Shown here: positions 18,180 to 26,608 of the stretch, piece after piece
Position numbering within the stretch: position 1 is the stretch's first letter
How the letters are laid out: the number at the start of each line of letters is the position of its first letter
Source of the DNA: Puniceicoccales bacterium
Lineage (GTDB): Bacteria > Verrucomicrobiota > Verrucomicrobiia > Opitutales > UBA953
Assembly: GCA_031285745.1 (NCBI GenBank)
Contig: JAITVQ010000161.1
Coordinates: 1 to 54,692, forward strand
Length of the DNA stretch: 54,692 nucleotides
Reading direction: 5' to 3'
Program-made: the position numbers and the translations under genes
The notes under the pieces: generated by a model
Seen by the model: only the letters and a program-made list of their open reading frames with translations
Database searches by the model: none
Told to the model about the DNA's origin: nothing

Positions 18180-19741
18180 GCGGCGGTCCTCCTGCGGGCT
18201 TCAGATCGACGGCTGCCCTCGGGTGGGGAAAATGGCCGGGGCCGGGTCGGCACACCCTTGTTGGTGAGCGCAAAATGGCATTGCTTGAGGGAATCAAAGA
18301 CGTCGCCGTGATTACCTTCGGCATCGGTAGCGTTGGAAAAACTGCCATTGTCACGCTTGACCAGGCGCATATCGTCAAACACCCACTTGTCCGGAGGCAA
18401 CGATGCCTTGCCCTCATCGTAGACGTTCACCAGTTCATTGCCCTGGTACTGCTTATAGCTCATATTCTGGCCGTGGTGGCGGATGACTTCGTTGGCAATA
18501 ATGAGGATGATTTTGACGAGCAGCCGCAGGGCCGCCTTGAGGATGGCCGCAAAATAACGCTCATTGCTGGCATCGACGGACATCATGCGCGGACCGCGTT
18601 TCATGACTGCCGAGCCACTCTTGATGACGAGCTTGATTCGATTCTTGGCGACTTCGGGATCGCTGGTTTTCCATCGCCAGATCAGACGCGGGACAAAATG
18701 GCCATTGACCATCTGCGCTGCCGACAGGACGGACGGGTTGCTCTTTTCCTTGTCCGTCGTGGCAATGTCGAAGCCCAACGCCCAAGGCGCATCGGGTGTA
18801 AGATGGTCGGTCCAGTTGGCGGGTAATTCTGCCTTATCATTAATCGTCGTACAGCGCCTGGCCTCGGGATGGTTCTGCGCCAGCGCAAGGGACACACGGG
18901 AAAGTGCGGCCATGCCACTTGTCGCAAGGATCATGGCATAGTTGCGATCCCAGGACTCTTTGTCGACCGCCAGCGCCCGGTGCTGATCCGGCGTCAGGAC
19001 CTCGCCGCTTTCATAATGGTAGAGCTTGGCCCCGGCTGCCTCGGCATCCCACGCGTCAACGTGGTGGACCATGATCCCGGCCTCGCTGCGATACCAATGG
19101 CCCTCCGCCTTTACCTCTTCCAGTGCCTCCAGCGTTTCCTGGGAAGGCAGCATCAATTCGTGGGAAAAGTGCGAATCGTCTTTCGGCGGCGTGGTGGCCA
19201 GCAAGCAGGTGAAGTCCGGATCACTGGAAAAGATCGGCTCCACCGCATCCCACATATCCTGGAAATCTGGCACCCAGGCGAACTCGTCAAAAAACACGTC
19301 ACCAGTCCAACCACGGGCCGTGGCCGGATTCGGGGCGATTACCTGCAGGCGGGAAAAGGAAGTCCGGTCGTGCCAGAGTTTGACCTTGAGGCGGCCTTTC
19401 TCGAAAATTTCTGCAAAGTCATCGTCGGTGCCGTCGCGGACATTGGTCGTGATCGGCATTCCTTGGGCGTGATTGCGGAGCAGGTCCCGGAATAGCTTGG
19501 CATTCGTTTCGACAATTTCTCCACCGACCAGGAGCGAAGCGGAGACAAATGTGATCCGATGATCCCGTCTGGCGGCCATCCGGCGCAGGCTGCGGACCCC
19601 CAACGAAGTGGTTTTCCCACCCTGGCGTCGCCACTTCTTTATCTGCATGCGCAGGCCCCGCTCATATTCCGTTTCGCGGGCATAAGGCCGGAGGCGGAAG
19701 AGAGGCCGGGGCACGGCAGTGACTGGAGCTTCAGAGGACAA
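18176..19741 (-). CDS. Terminase large subunit (Mu gp28-like)
   Basis: 521 aa. LRPYARE...WRRQGGKTTS is a Walker A-like motif preceded by the LxPYQ-like motif seen in Mu-type TerL. Its position fits. The start is apparently TTG at 19741, because the first ATG at 19648 would remove the conserved N-terminal motif. Confidence 0.8.
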   Translation of the reverse strand: MSSEAPVTAVPRPLFRLRPYARETEYERGLRMQIKKWRRQGGKTTSLGVRSLRRMAARRDHRITFVSASLLVGGEIVETNAKLFRDLLRNHAQGMPITTNVRDGTDDDFAEIFEKGRLKVKLWHDRTSFSRLQVIAPNPATARGWTGDVFFDEFAWVPDFQDMWDAVEPIFSSDPDFTCLLATTPPKDDSHFSHELMLPSQETLEALEEVKAEGHWYRSEAGIMVHHVDAWDAEAAGAKLYHYESGEVLTPDQHRALAVDKESWDRNYAMILATSGMAALSRVSLALAQNHPEARRCTTINDKAELPANWTDHLTPDAPWALGFDIATTDKEKSNPSVLSAAQMVNGHFVPRLIWRWKTSDPEVAKNRIKLVIKSGSAVMKRGPRMMSVDASNERYFAAILKAALRLLVKIILIIANEVIRHHGQNMSYKQYQGNELVNVYDEGKASLPPDKWVFDDMRLVKRDNGSFSNATDAEGNHGDVFDSLKQCHFALTNKGVPTRPRPFSPPEGSRRSEARRRTAA

Positions 19742-19895
19742 GGGTCAAATTTTAGTTTTCAGTTGTTGTGGGTGATGGAAGGAACCAACCCGCAAATAAC
19801 CCGCGACGCCCCGACAAGGTGGGTGACGGTCACCGCATGAGCATTTTCCCTAGCGGTGTTTTTTGATGAACTGCGGGCGTTTTTGAGAAAAAGGG

Positions 19896-20492
19896 TCATA
19901 GGGCATCGATTTCCTTTAGGAGAACCTGGATTGCCTGGCTGTGTTTGTCGTCGTATGGATTGGCCTTGATGGCCTTTTCCAGTTCCTTGAGTTTATCCTT
20001 CACCTTCATCTTGGTGAATTGCACCCGCGTCTTGTATTCCTGATAGCCAAGGTCGGCGTGGGAAAGGCTCTTGATGCTTTCGACCAGCGGGAAAAACTTC
20101 TTTGGATCAGTAGCTAGAAGCGCCTTGAGTTGCTCAGGCTCGAAACTCTCCAGTGCTTCCGCCACCACGGCGGTGGCCTGCAGGGCGACCGCTTGCGGGA
20201 GAGATTGGCCGCCTTCCTTCGACTCGCGGACCAGCCGCTGGGCTGCCGCAGTCTGCTCGCGGATGCGGTCCAATGTGTCGCGGCGTTTTTGCCATCGGGA
20301 GAAATAGCCCTGGCGAAAGGCTGTCAGGTTGGCGTCGTTGATCGGCAGCGCAGCATCATTCTTCGCATGTTCGACCACCCAGTTGATGAGTTCCCGGTTG
20401 GGTTTCTCGGCGGCGACCAACTCGCAAAACGCATCGAGCATCTTGGTATTATGCCCAAGCGCCCGGAGAATTTTGGAGGTGGAGGCGGCCAT
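19896..20492 (-). CDS. Terminase small subunit candidate (DUF3486 / Mu gp27-like)
   Basis: 198-aa helical protein immediately upstream of TerL. Confidence 0.5.
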   Translation of the reverse strand: MAASTSKILRALGHNTKMLDAFCELVAAEKPNRELINWVVEHAKNDAALPINDANLTAFRQGYFSRWQKRRDTLDRIREQTAAAQRLVRESKEGGQSLPQAVALQATAVVAEALESFEPEQLKALLATDPKKFFPLVESIKSLSHADLGYQEYKTRVQFTKMKVKDKLKELEKAIKANPYDDKHSQAIQVLLKEIDAL

Positions 20493-20498
20493 GACAGA

Positions 20499-20747
20499 TT
20501 AGAGGTTGCCCTGCTCGATGACATCGATGCCAGCGGCGGTAATGGTGAATTTCTCCTGGTTGACCGCCGTGTATTCTTTAGATACAAGGCCCTTGCTGAT
20601 CAGGTAGGCCAGGTCGGCCTTGACCGAAATCTCGGTGACGTCTTCGCCCATGTGACGGGCATGGTGGACCAGCCACTCGATCGGACGTGGCACCGGGTGT
20701 CCGGCCTTCAACAGCTCCAGGCAGATTTTGCGGGTTTCAGTGCTCAT
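20499..20747 (-). CDS. Small winged-helix-like protein
   Basis: 82 aa. LAYLISKGLVSKEY resembles a wHTH recognition region. Function unknown. Confidence 0.4.
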   Translation of the reverse strand: MSTETRKICLELLKAGHPVPRPIEWLVHHARHMGEDVTEISVKADLAYLISKGLVSKEYTAVNQEKFTITAAGIDVIEQGNL

Positions 20748-21226
20748 GGTTTGTTGAAAAATACTTCGCGTTTCAGGTTGCGGATGCCCTCACGTTGGTT
20801 GGATATCTCGGCTTGCAGCCCGGCGATCGTCTCGGCGGATTTGTTGATCTTGTCGTGCATCGTGGCCGCATCCGTATCCATCTTGGTGCGCATGCAGGAA
20901 AATTCTGCGGTGAGTAAGGCGACCAACTTCTCATGCCTTCTCTCGCCACTGTCATTAAAGTGCTTCACTGCATCCTGAATTTCTTTCCGCAGTTCGACAG
21001 TGTCAGCTTTCTGCCTTTCCTCCAGCTTGGCTAGATCAGTCGCCAAGGCGTAGACAGGAACGCCCTTGACCTCGACGGGCATCTCCAGCGGCTGCGCCTT
21101 GGGTTTTCCGATGAAAGACTTCGCCGCTATGGCTATCATCAGCAGGAGATTTATGCTCAGAACCACCTCCATAAAGATATTCGGGTCTTTTGGGACAGCG
21201 GCTTCGGCAAGAATGATGGGAAGCAT
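20744..21226 (-). CDS. Membrane-anchored coiled-coil protein (i-spanin or holin-accessory candidate)
   Basis: 160 aa. One N-terminal TM segment (VVLSINLLLMIAIAAKSFI) is followed by charged helical sequence. It lies in the lysis region. Confidence 0.45.
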   Translation of the reverse strand: MLPIILAEAAVPKDPNIFMEVVLSINLLLMIAIAAKSFIGKPKAQPLEMPVEVKGVPVYALATDLAKLEERQKADTVELRKEIQDAVKHFNDSGERRHEKLVALLTAEFSCMRTKMDTDAATMHDKINKSAETIAGLQAEISNQREGIRNLKREVFFNKP

Positions 21227-21277
21227 GGGCGGCGATCGTTGGAAATTTCTGCTCGGACGGGTGGCAGGTGCGGAAGA

Positions 21278-21988
21278 TTACTTCCGCAATAAAGCCTCTC
21301 GCACACGGCGGGCATATTCGATCTCGGCCAGATCGTTGACATCGGTGGCGTTGGCCGCTCCCGAGGCCGTGGCACTTTCGTGGGCGTGGATCTCGGCCCC
21401 GATGGAATCCGCCAGGAGATTGAGGACGGTTTCCTGATGTTCAGGCTCGGCGACGATCACCAGCACATCCTCACGAAGCGACTGGGCTAGTTCGGTGGGT
21501 GTGGTGGTCGGAGTAGCCTCGGAAAACGTGATCTGGAATTTCGCCTGCAGTTGGGGAACCACGCCCGCCAGTTCGGGGACTTTCTTCGCCAGGGCATTGA
21601 GGCCGACATTCAGGCCAGCCTTCACGACGTTGAGCAGGATGCTGCCGATGGCTTCTTTTTCCGCCGTGGTGAGATTGCAACCGGTGAGGGTAAAAGTGGA
21701 GCCCAGCATGAGCAGGCCGATGCACAGCACCGACACGGTCTTGCCTGCAGCGTTTGCCGCCTGCTTGGCAGCTTCGGCAGCCTTGGCGGCGGCCCGGCGA
21801 TCCCAGGCGGCCCAGCCAATCGCGCCCAGGGCCATGATGGCGCCGATGCCGGTCTGCACTTCCTCGGAAGTCAGGAGCGGCGTGGTAGTGCCGTCTGCAC
21901 CGATGTGCGCGAATCCATTGCCAGAGAGCAGACCGCCCACGGCAACGAGGAGGAGTTGGAGGAATTTGAAGACAGTTTCTTGTTTCAT
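21278..21988 (-). CDS. Multi-TM membrane protein (holin candidate) with an internal lipobox
   Basis: Start taken at the ATG at 21988 (MKQETVFKF...). There are three hydrophobic segments. The third ends in LTGC, followed by a ~150-aa soluble region. Confidence 0.45.
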   Translation of the reverse strand: MKQETVFKFLQLLLVAVGGLLSGNGFAHIGADGTTTPLLTSEEVQTGIGAIMALGAIGWAAWDRRAAAKAAEAAKQAANAAGKTVSVLCIGLLMLGSTFTLTGCNLTTAEKEAIGSILLNVVKAGLNVGLNALAKKVPELAGVVPQLQAKFQITFSEATPTTTPTELAQSLREDVLVIVAEPEHQETVLNLLADSIGAEIHAHESATASGAANATDVNDLAEIEYARRVREALLRK

Positions 21989-22059
21989 GGTTTGATGGTT
22001 TGGAAATTTGCTCCGCACTCCCAGCGGGCTACACGCAGTGAGTGCGGAGATTGGTTGGG

Positions 22060-22263
22060 TTAGGTTCGGTGGACGCGTCCAGCATCCGGTTGGTTACGGA
22101 TTAAAGGGTTTCCCGTTTGCGAGTATTCCATCGGACTGAGCGGACGGCGTTCGTTGCTGGGGGTGGCACAGCCGGTGAGGAAGCTTCCGGCGACCACGGC
22201 TGGCGCGAGAACCAAGGCAGTGACCACCAGGACAAGAAGGAAAAGGCGGGATAGGTTTTTCAT
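22060..22263 (-). CDS. Small lipoprotein (o-spanin candidate)
   Basis: 67 aa with a signal peptide ending in the lipobox FLTGC, then a Pro-containing tail. It starts immediately after the stop of the upstream gene. Confidence 0.55.
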   Translation of the reverse strand: MKNLSRLFLLVLVVTALVLAPAVVAGSFLTGCATPSNERRPLSPMEYSQTGNPLIRNQPDAGRVHRT

Positions 22264-22716
22264 TTAGATCAAAACCAGCCAGGCGCTCTCACGCTCGGCA
22301 GGGGTGAGCATGATGAATTCCTGGGTCTGCGGCTCCCAGGTTTCGACGCCACGTTTAGTGATGAGGATGTTGATGGCGTGCCCCAAGCCGCGCTGGCCAC
22401 CTTGCGAATAGCAAACCACCCCGAAGGCCATGCCCTCGGGGGTCGTGCTGTCGGCCTTGGCCCGCAATGCGAGAGCATGCTTGATGTGGGCCAGCGAGGC
22501 CGCGTGCCGGGCAAACTTGTCGCAATCCCAAACAATGCTCCAATCCGTCACCCCGAAATGCACAATCAACTCGGATCGAAATTCAGGCGCGAAAACCGTC
22601 TTGATGTGTTCGTGCGAGGCGACGGCGTAGTTGCGATCGAACGGGGTCAGTACCTGGGCATTCGGAAACTGGGCCAGGATGGCGGAGCGAAGAGCGATGT
22701 TGTCGATGACGGTCAT
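22264..22716 (-). CDS. Hypothetical protein at the endolysin position; possible papain/transglutaminase-fold cysteine peptidase
   Basis: Start at the ATG at 22716 (MTVIDNIAL...). The motifs WDCDKFARHAAS and GLGHAINILITKRGVETWEPQ resemble the Cys...His...acid arrangement of transglutaminase-like peptidases. It is the first gene of the late lysis block. Confidence 0.35.
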   Translation of the reverse strand: MTVIDNIALRSAILAQFPNAQVLTPFDRNYAVASHEHIKTVFAPEFRSELIVHFGVTDWSIVWDCDKFARHAASLAHIKHALALRAKADSTTPEGMAFGVVCYSQGGQRGLGHAINILITKRGVETWEPQTQEFIMLTPAERESAWLVLI

Positions 22717-22824
22717 TTTTACAGAGTGACATCGCAGCGCCGTAGGCGCGTTCCGGGCTCGGGCAGATTTTACAGGCGGTGGCAGGTGCTGGTGGTCTGC
22801 AGGCCGGGCGGCTCCCCAGCGCCG

Positions 22825-22854
22825 CGATGTCGAGTGCATAATACCACGACATCG
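22825..22854 (-). promoter_or_regulatory. Inverted repeat flanking a TATTAT box upstream of the late operon (late promoter or activator-site candidate)
   Basis: CGATGTCG at 22825-22832 and CGACATCG at 22847-22854 form an 8-bp inverted repeat with a 14-bp spacer. The spacer reads TGGTATTATGCACT on the - strand. It lies ~110 nt upstream of the 22716 start. Confidence 0.3.
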
Positions 22855-22902
22855 GTATTTCATCCACCCGTTGTGTCCGCTATTGCCGCTCTGTCGTAAT
22901 TA

Positions 22903-22937
22903 TTTTTTTAATACAAACCCCCCGCACCGCAGGGGCC
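22903..22937 (-). terminator. Weak intrinsic terminator candidate after the HTH gene
   Basis: On the - strand, CCCCTGCGGTGCGGGG forms a short bulged GC hairpin followed by TTTGTATT and an A-run. It lies just downstream of the stop at 22940. Confidence 0.3.
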
Positions 22938-22939
22938 TG

Positions 22940-23284
22940 TTAAAACTGCCACTTGGTGCGCAGCCTGGGGAGGGCGGATGCGCGGATCAGGAACCGGCGT
23001 TTTCCCACCCGCCTGACTTCGCCATCCTTAAATTCCCCTGTTTCGATCCAGCGGGTCACCGTGCGGCTCGATATGGGATGGCGCGGTCCTCCCAACGTGC
23101 ATCCGAATTCCTTGGTGGTTAATTCGTCACTCGGCGAAGTGGTTGCGGGAATCAACTTATAGGTGCCGTCGCCCAGGGGTACCGTGGAAAATAATGAGGC
23201 GAAGAAAAGCATCTGCCCGTCGCTTCGTTTGCGACGCAGTGCTTTTCCGGGACTTTCCCCTGGACTGTAAACCCCACCTGCCAT
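22940..23284 (-). CDS. HTH_17/excisionase-type DNA-binding protein (candidate middle or late regulator)
   Basis: 114 aa. The C-terminal sequence LTTKEFGCTLG...ISSRTVTRWIETGEF..GEVRRVGKRRFLIRASAL matches the MerR/excisionase-like HTH pattern. It sits at the head of the late transcription direction. Confidence 0.55.
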   Translation of the reverse strand: MAGGVYSPGESPGKALRRKRSDGQMLFFASLFSTVPLGDGTYKLIPATTSPSDELTTKEFGCTLGGPRHPISSRTVTRWIETGEFKDGEVRRVGKRRFLIRASALPRLRTKWQF

Positions 23285-23357
23285 GATGCCGCATTGAGAG
23301 CATCAGGGCGAGTCCGTCAAGGGGGAGTTATGCAATATGTGCAACCGGGGAGCGATA

Positions 23358-24008
23358 TTACCACTTCACCGTCCAAACGGTGATCCGTGTTTTTTTATCG
23401 AGGCCGACCTTGGATTCCCTGACTTCCCATACTCGACCGGCTTTAAGCATTTCCACGAATTTCTCCTGGGAGATAACGGTGAGGCCAAGTTTCTCGGGGG
23501 TGGTTTCAGCCATGCTGTACGCGCTTTGTCTTTCACCAGCCGGAGTCGTGATTGTTTTGCTTTTTGGGTCTACTTTTACCAGAAGCTTCTCCCCCGGAGT
23601 GTCGCCGACATTCCATTTTTTGGGAGATAGTGTTTGCAGAGCTATCACAGTCGGAGCTCCCCAAACCTTCCCACTATAGTCTCGTTTGTATTGCTCGACA
23701 ATGAACTCAGTGTCGGAATTTTTCTGTATGACTTTTTCGGCAGTTATGCATTGCGCACCCCAAATTGTTTTTATCGTGACGACGTTTCCTTTCGCATCAA
23801 GGTACTCGCGGCCCTGAATTTCCTGAAAAAGCTCCAGCAACTTTTCTCGCGATTCGGACGCTCCAGGCCGACCTACCTTGGAAACCTCAAAGACTTTTTG
23901 TTGTGGTTTATCATCAGCCTGGGCGAGCGCGACACAAGGAAGCGCGATCAGTGCGAATAAAGAGAGAATCGAAATTTTAATGAAGCGAACTGAGAAGTGA
24001 TTTTTCAT
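23358..24008 (-). CDS. Secreted hypothetical protein (moron candidate)
   Basis: 216 aa with a clear signal peptide (ILSLFALIALPCVALA-QADD). GC content is visibly lower than in the flanking phage DNA. Confidence 0.6.
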   Translation of the reverse strand: MKNHFSVRFIKISILSLFALIALPCVALAQADDKPQQKVFEVSKVGRPGASESREKLLELFQEIQGREYLDAKGNVVTIKTIWGAQCITAEKVIQKNSDTEFIVEQYKRDYSGKVWGAPTVIALQTLSPKKWNVGDTPGEKLLVKVDPKSKTITTPAGERQSAYSMAETTPEKLGLTVISQEKFVEMLKAGRVWEVRESKVGLDKKTRITVWTVKW

Positions 24009-24147
24009 ATCAACGGAGTTTTTTGTGACGCTGCAATTTGTCCTTCGGACGGCAAGGGCTAAATAATCCCCCTCGGTTAATTTGCCTGACGTTCAACATG
24101 GAATAACAGTCATCGTTCGATTACCTTCTCGTTATGCCAAAAAAAAC

Positions 24148-24393
24148 ATGATTCCGTTTGATCCTTGGGACCTCGCACTCCGCAAGGCTGGAAAAAATCC
24201 AAAGCGACTGGAGACATTATCGATGGCGGCCATTCGCCAAATTAAGGACCTGCTCGGCTATTGGAAAGAAGAGGGCATGGAACCGCCTGCGCTTAATCCT
24301 CCGCCGACATGGTCGGACGAGGATGAGGTGCCCAGGCAGATGCACCTGCAACTGGAAAACTTCTCCGGATCCCTGACGATTTCGGCAGAGTAA
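24148..24393 (+). CDS. Small hypothetical protein
   Basis: 81 aa from the ATG at 24148 (MIPFDPWDLALRK...). It is convergent with the repressor gene. The ORF track begins earlier, at 24082. Confidence 0.4.
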   Translation: MIPFDPWDLALRKAGKNPKRLETLSMAAIRQIKDLLGYWKEEGMEPPALNPPPTWSDEDEVPRQMHLQLENFSGSLTISAE

Positions 24394-24397
24394 GCGG

Positions 24398-25003
24398 CTA
24401 GACCGCTTTATTGTCTTTCTTGTCCTGGTTATCGCGTTGCGCCGCGATAGCCTTTCTTCGTGCTTCCGTCCGCTCTCGGGCGCGCTTCAACTCGCCCAGG
24501 GGCAGACGGGTGGATGGCTGTTTTTTGGGTGGTTCCTCTGACTCAGATTCGGATGATACATTTGAGCTGTCTTCATACGTGGGAGAATCTTCGTTGAGTG
24601 CATAATTAGCCGCTCCTCTTGAAATCAAACCCGCATCGTGCGGTTTTGATTTTTGAGAGAAATTGAGAGACTCTAATAAATAAATAATTTTATCTAACTT
24701 AAGTGAAATTTCATGAAAAGGATCGTTTGATTTTTTTCCGATAGCTAAAGGAAGATCAGCTGAGTCATCTGATAAAACATTTTCTCCTAAATTAAAAAAT
24801 AACGCAAGTCTCGATAACATGCGTTGTTGTGGATTATTCACACCTCTACACCATCCATTTATTGTTCCTGAGCTAACGTCCATCTGACGAGCTAACTCAT
24901 ATTGGGACAGTCCTCGTTCTTTCATCAAGAGAGTTAGTTTTTCGGAAAAAAGCATAAGAAAAGATTTAAGCGAAATTGAGAGATTCCGCTTGATTTCACT
25001 CAA
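24398..25003 (-). CDS. XRE/Cro-CI family HTH repressor (Mu c-like role), without a peptidase S24 domain
   Basis: LTLLMKERGLSQYELARQMDVSSGTINGWCRG is a canonical XRE HTH. The gene is divergent from the early operon. The true start may be the ATG at 24955 (MLFSEKL...), which would leave the 24974-25015 inverted repeat intergenic. Confidence 0.8.
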   Translation of the reverse strand: MSEIKRNLSISLKSFLMLFSEKLTLLMKERGLSQYELARQMDVSSGTINGWCRGVNNPQQRMLSRLALFFNLGENVLSDDSADLPLAIGKKSNDPFHEISLKLDKIIYLLESLNFSQKSKPHDAGLISRGAANYALNEDSPTYEDSSNVSSESESEEPPKKQPSTRLPLGELKRARERTEARRKAIAAQRDNQDKKDNKAV

Positions 25004-25015
25004 AACCTCTCAATT
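24974..25015. promoter_or_regulatory. Operator candidate in the repressor / early-operon divergent region
   Basis: AATTGAGAG at 24974-24982 and CTCTCAATT at 25007-25015 are perfect 9-bp inverted repeats 24 bp apart. They lie between the divergent repressor and Ner-like genes. Confidence 0.4.
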
Positions 25016-25041
25016 GTTGTTTTTCAAGTTACCCGAAACCT

Positions 25042-25362
25042 ATGAATACACCACAAAAAAAGAACCGCGTGGTCCGGTTCCCGGGGATTATGGATGCAGC
25101 CCGGAAATTACGCGTCTCCCGAATCCACCTCTATCTGGTTCTTTCAGGCCAGCGCGAGAGTCGCAGCCTGAAAACTCGCTACCAGAAACTAGCAGCCACC
25201 TCGACTGGGTCGGGGTCGTCACGGACCCAGTTTGCACGAGTTCCTGCAAAATCAAATTTATTGCAGCTTGCACAGCGGGCATCTGCTCGATCTCGACCCG
25301 TTTCCAGCGCCCCGCCTTCCCAGGGTAAAAAGCATCCACGGCTTCGCGGTAAGGCACCATGA
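25042..25362 (+). CDS. Ner-like small HTH protein, first gene of the early operon
   Basis: The N-terminal 50 aa (VRFPGIMDAARKLRVSRIHLYLVLSGQRESRSLKTRYQKL) look like a small phage HTH regulator. The C-terminal half is low complexity and is overlapped by an antisense ORF, so the 3' end is uncertain. Confidence 0.5.
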   Translation: MNTPQKKNRVVRFPGIMDAARKLRVSRIHLYLVLSGQRESRSLKTRYQKLAATSTGSGSSRTQFARVPAKSNLLQLAQRASARSRPVSSAPPSQGKKHPRLRGKAP

Positions 25363-25434
25363 GCAAATCGCGCCATGCCAATAACTGAATATGTGCCTCG
25401 GGCAAATTCATGCCACCAACCAATCTGAAAAACC

Positions 25435-25638
25435 ATGAACTCTACAATCCAAAACAACCCTTTTCTCCACATCGGCAACCACCTCATCAAGGTCGGCAAT
25501 ATCGCAGGGGTATTCCTGAATCCCAACCTCCCCGAGGAATCACAGTGCGTTGTGTATCTTGAATCCGGCTATGCGCCACTCCACCTGCCTGTCGAGGCAT
25601 TTGAGCAAATCCAGAAGCGCCTCCACATCGTCGACTAA
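25435..25638 (+). CDS. Small hypothetical early protein
   Basis: 67-aa ORF in the early operon orientation. Confidence 0.4.
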   Translation: MNSTIQNNPFLHIGNHLIKVGNIAGVFLNPNLPEESQCVVYLESGYAPLHLPVEAFEQIQKRLHIVD

Positions 25639-25684
25639 CCCCGCCGCCTTACCCCCTAGACCTTTTTTCTCAACCACTCACCAC

Positions 25685-26587
25685 ATGAAAGCATCCTCAA
25701 AAAACAAATCAACCGCGCTGGAAATTGTCGTGGAGGCTCCTGCCCAAGGTTCCTGGGAACGGGCCGCCAAATGGGCCAATGCCGTCCGCAGTTTTACCCG
25801 GTGTACCGTTGCGGCTCAGGTAATGACCGGTCTCGAACTACTCGCCCTTCACCGGGAGCATGAAATCACTCAAGGAGGTGATCGAAAATCAAACCCGCAC
25901 AATGCGGTTTTGAACTGGCCCGAGTTGATCCGTCAACACTGCGACATTTCCGACGATACTGGCTACCGCTGGATGGATATGGCCCAGCACGCAGGCGACC
26001 GGATCAAACTACTCCACGGCATCGATATCATCGGGACCCCCTTGGGCAATTTCACAGCCAAGCAACTCGGCCAGATCGAGACGGCAGTGCAGGAACTGAC
26101 CGATGGGAAAACGCAGACGGCCTTTCTGCGGGAATGCCGCGTCCTGCGGAAACTCTCGCCCAAGGAACTCGGCTGGAGCGAGCAGGACATCACCCGCATC
26201 GAGGACATGCGCATCCTGGCCAAGGCTGCCAAGGGGCAACTGACCGAGGACGCGGAATACAGCGTCGGGCAGTTGAGCGAGGAAGCCCGGCAGGAATTCA
26301 TCGCCGCGCTGCCCGCGACTATCGCCGCCTGCGAGGCGGGTGAACTGCGCCCCGCCCGCGCCTGGGCAGGACTCTTCGGCAAAGCCTCGACCGATGGCAA
26401 GAAACGGGCCGAGACCAACCACGACGAGAATCTCTACAACGGCCTGGCCAAGCTGAAGACATCGCTCCCGCACTGGTACGATATGAGCGCCAGGGGACGC
26501 ACGCGGTACATCCAGACGTTTGTCGAAATCATCCAAAACATGCCCGACGAACTGCGCATCAAGATCAGCGAAGCCCTCAAGAAATAA
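25685..26587 (+). CDS. Hypothetical early protein (DUF3102-like?)
   Basis: Start at the ATG at 25685 (MKASSKNK...), 300 aa. The pattern GLELLALHREH...WPELIRQHCDISDDTGYRWMDMAQ is reminiscent of DUF3102 phage proteins. Confidence 0.5.
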   Translation: MKASSKNKSTALEIVVEAPAQGSWERAAKWANAVRSFTRCTVAAQVMTGLELLALHREHEITQGGDRKSNPHNAVLNWPELIRQHCDISDDTGYRWMDMAQHAGDRIKLLHGIDIIGTPLGNFTAKQLGQIETAVQELTDGKTQTAFLRECRVLRKLSPKELGWSEQDITRIEDMRILAKAAKGQLTEDAEYSVGQLSEEARQEFIAALPATIAACEAGELRPARAWAGLFGKASTDGKKRAETNHDENLYNGLAKLKTSLPHWYDMSARGRTRYIQTFVEIIQNMPDELRIKISEALKK

Positions 26588-26608
26588 CCCGCCGCCACCC
26601 GTCCTCCC

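Noticed and set aside
17085-18311. 408-aa + strand ORF
   Set aside because: It is antisense to the well-supported portal and TerL genes. It is a shadow ORF of GC-rich coding DNA with Arg/Gly/Pro-rich nonsense composition.
20130-20978. 282-aa + strand ORF
   Set aside because: It is antisense to three tightly coupled - strand late genes.
22717-22863. N-terminal extension of ORF 22264..22863
   Set aside because: The extension is Arg/Pro/His-rich and lies in the regulatory gap. The ATG at 22716 gives a compact protein.
25088-25423. 111-aa - strand ORF as a confident gene
   Set aside because: Not annotated as a feature because it is fully antisense to the Ner-like gene and leaves no room for a promoter before 25435. 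I kept it as an open question in the findings.
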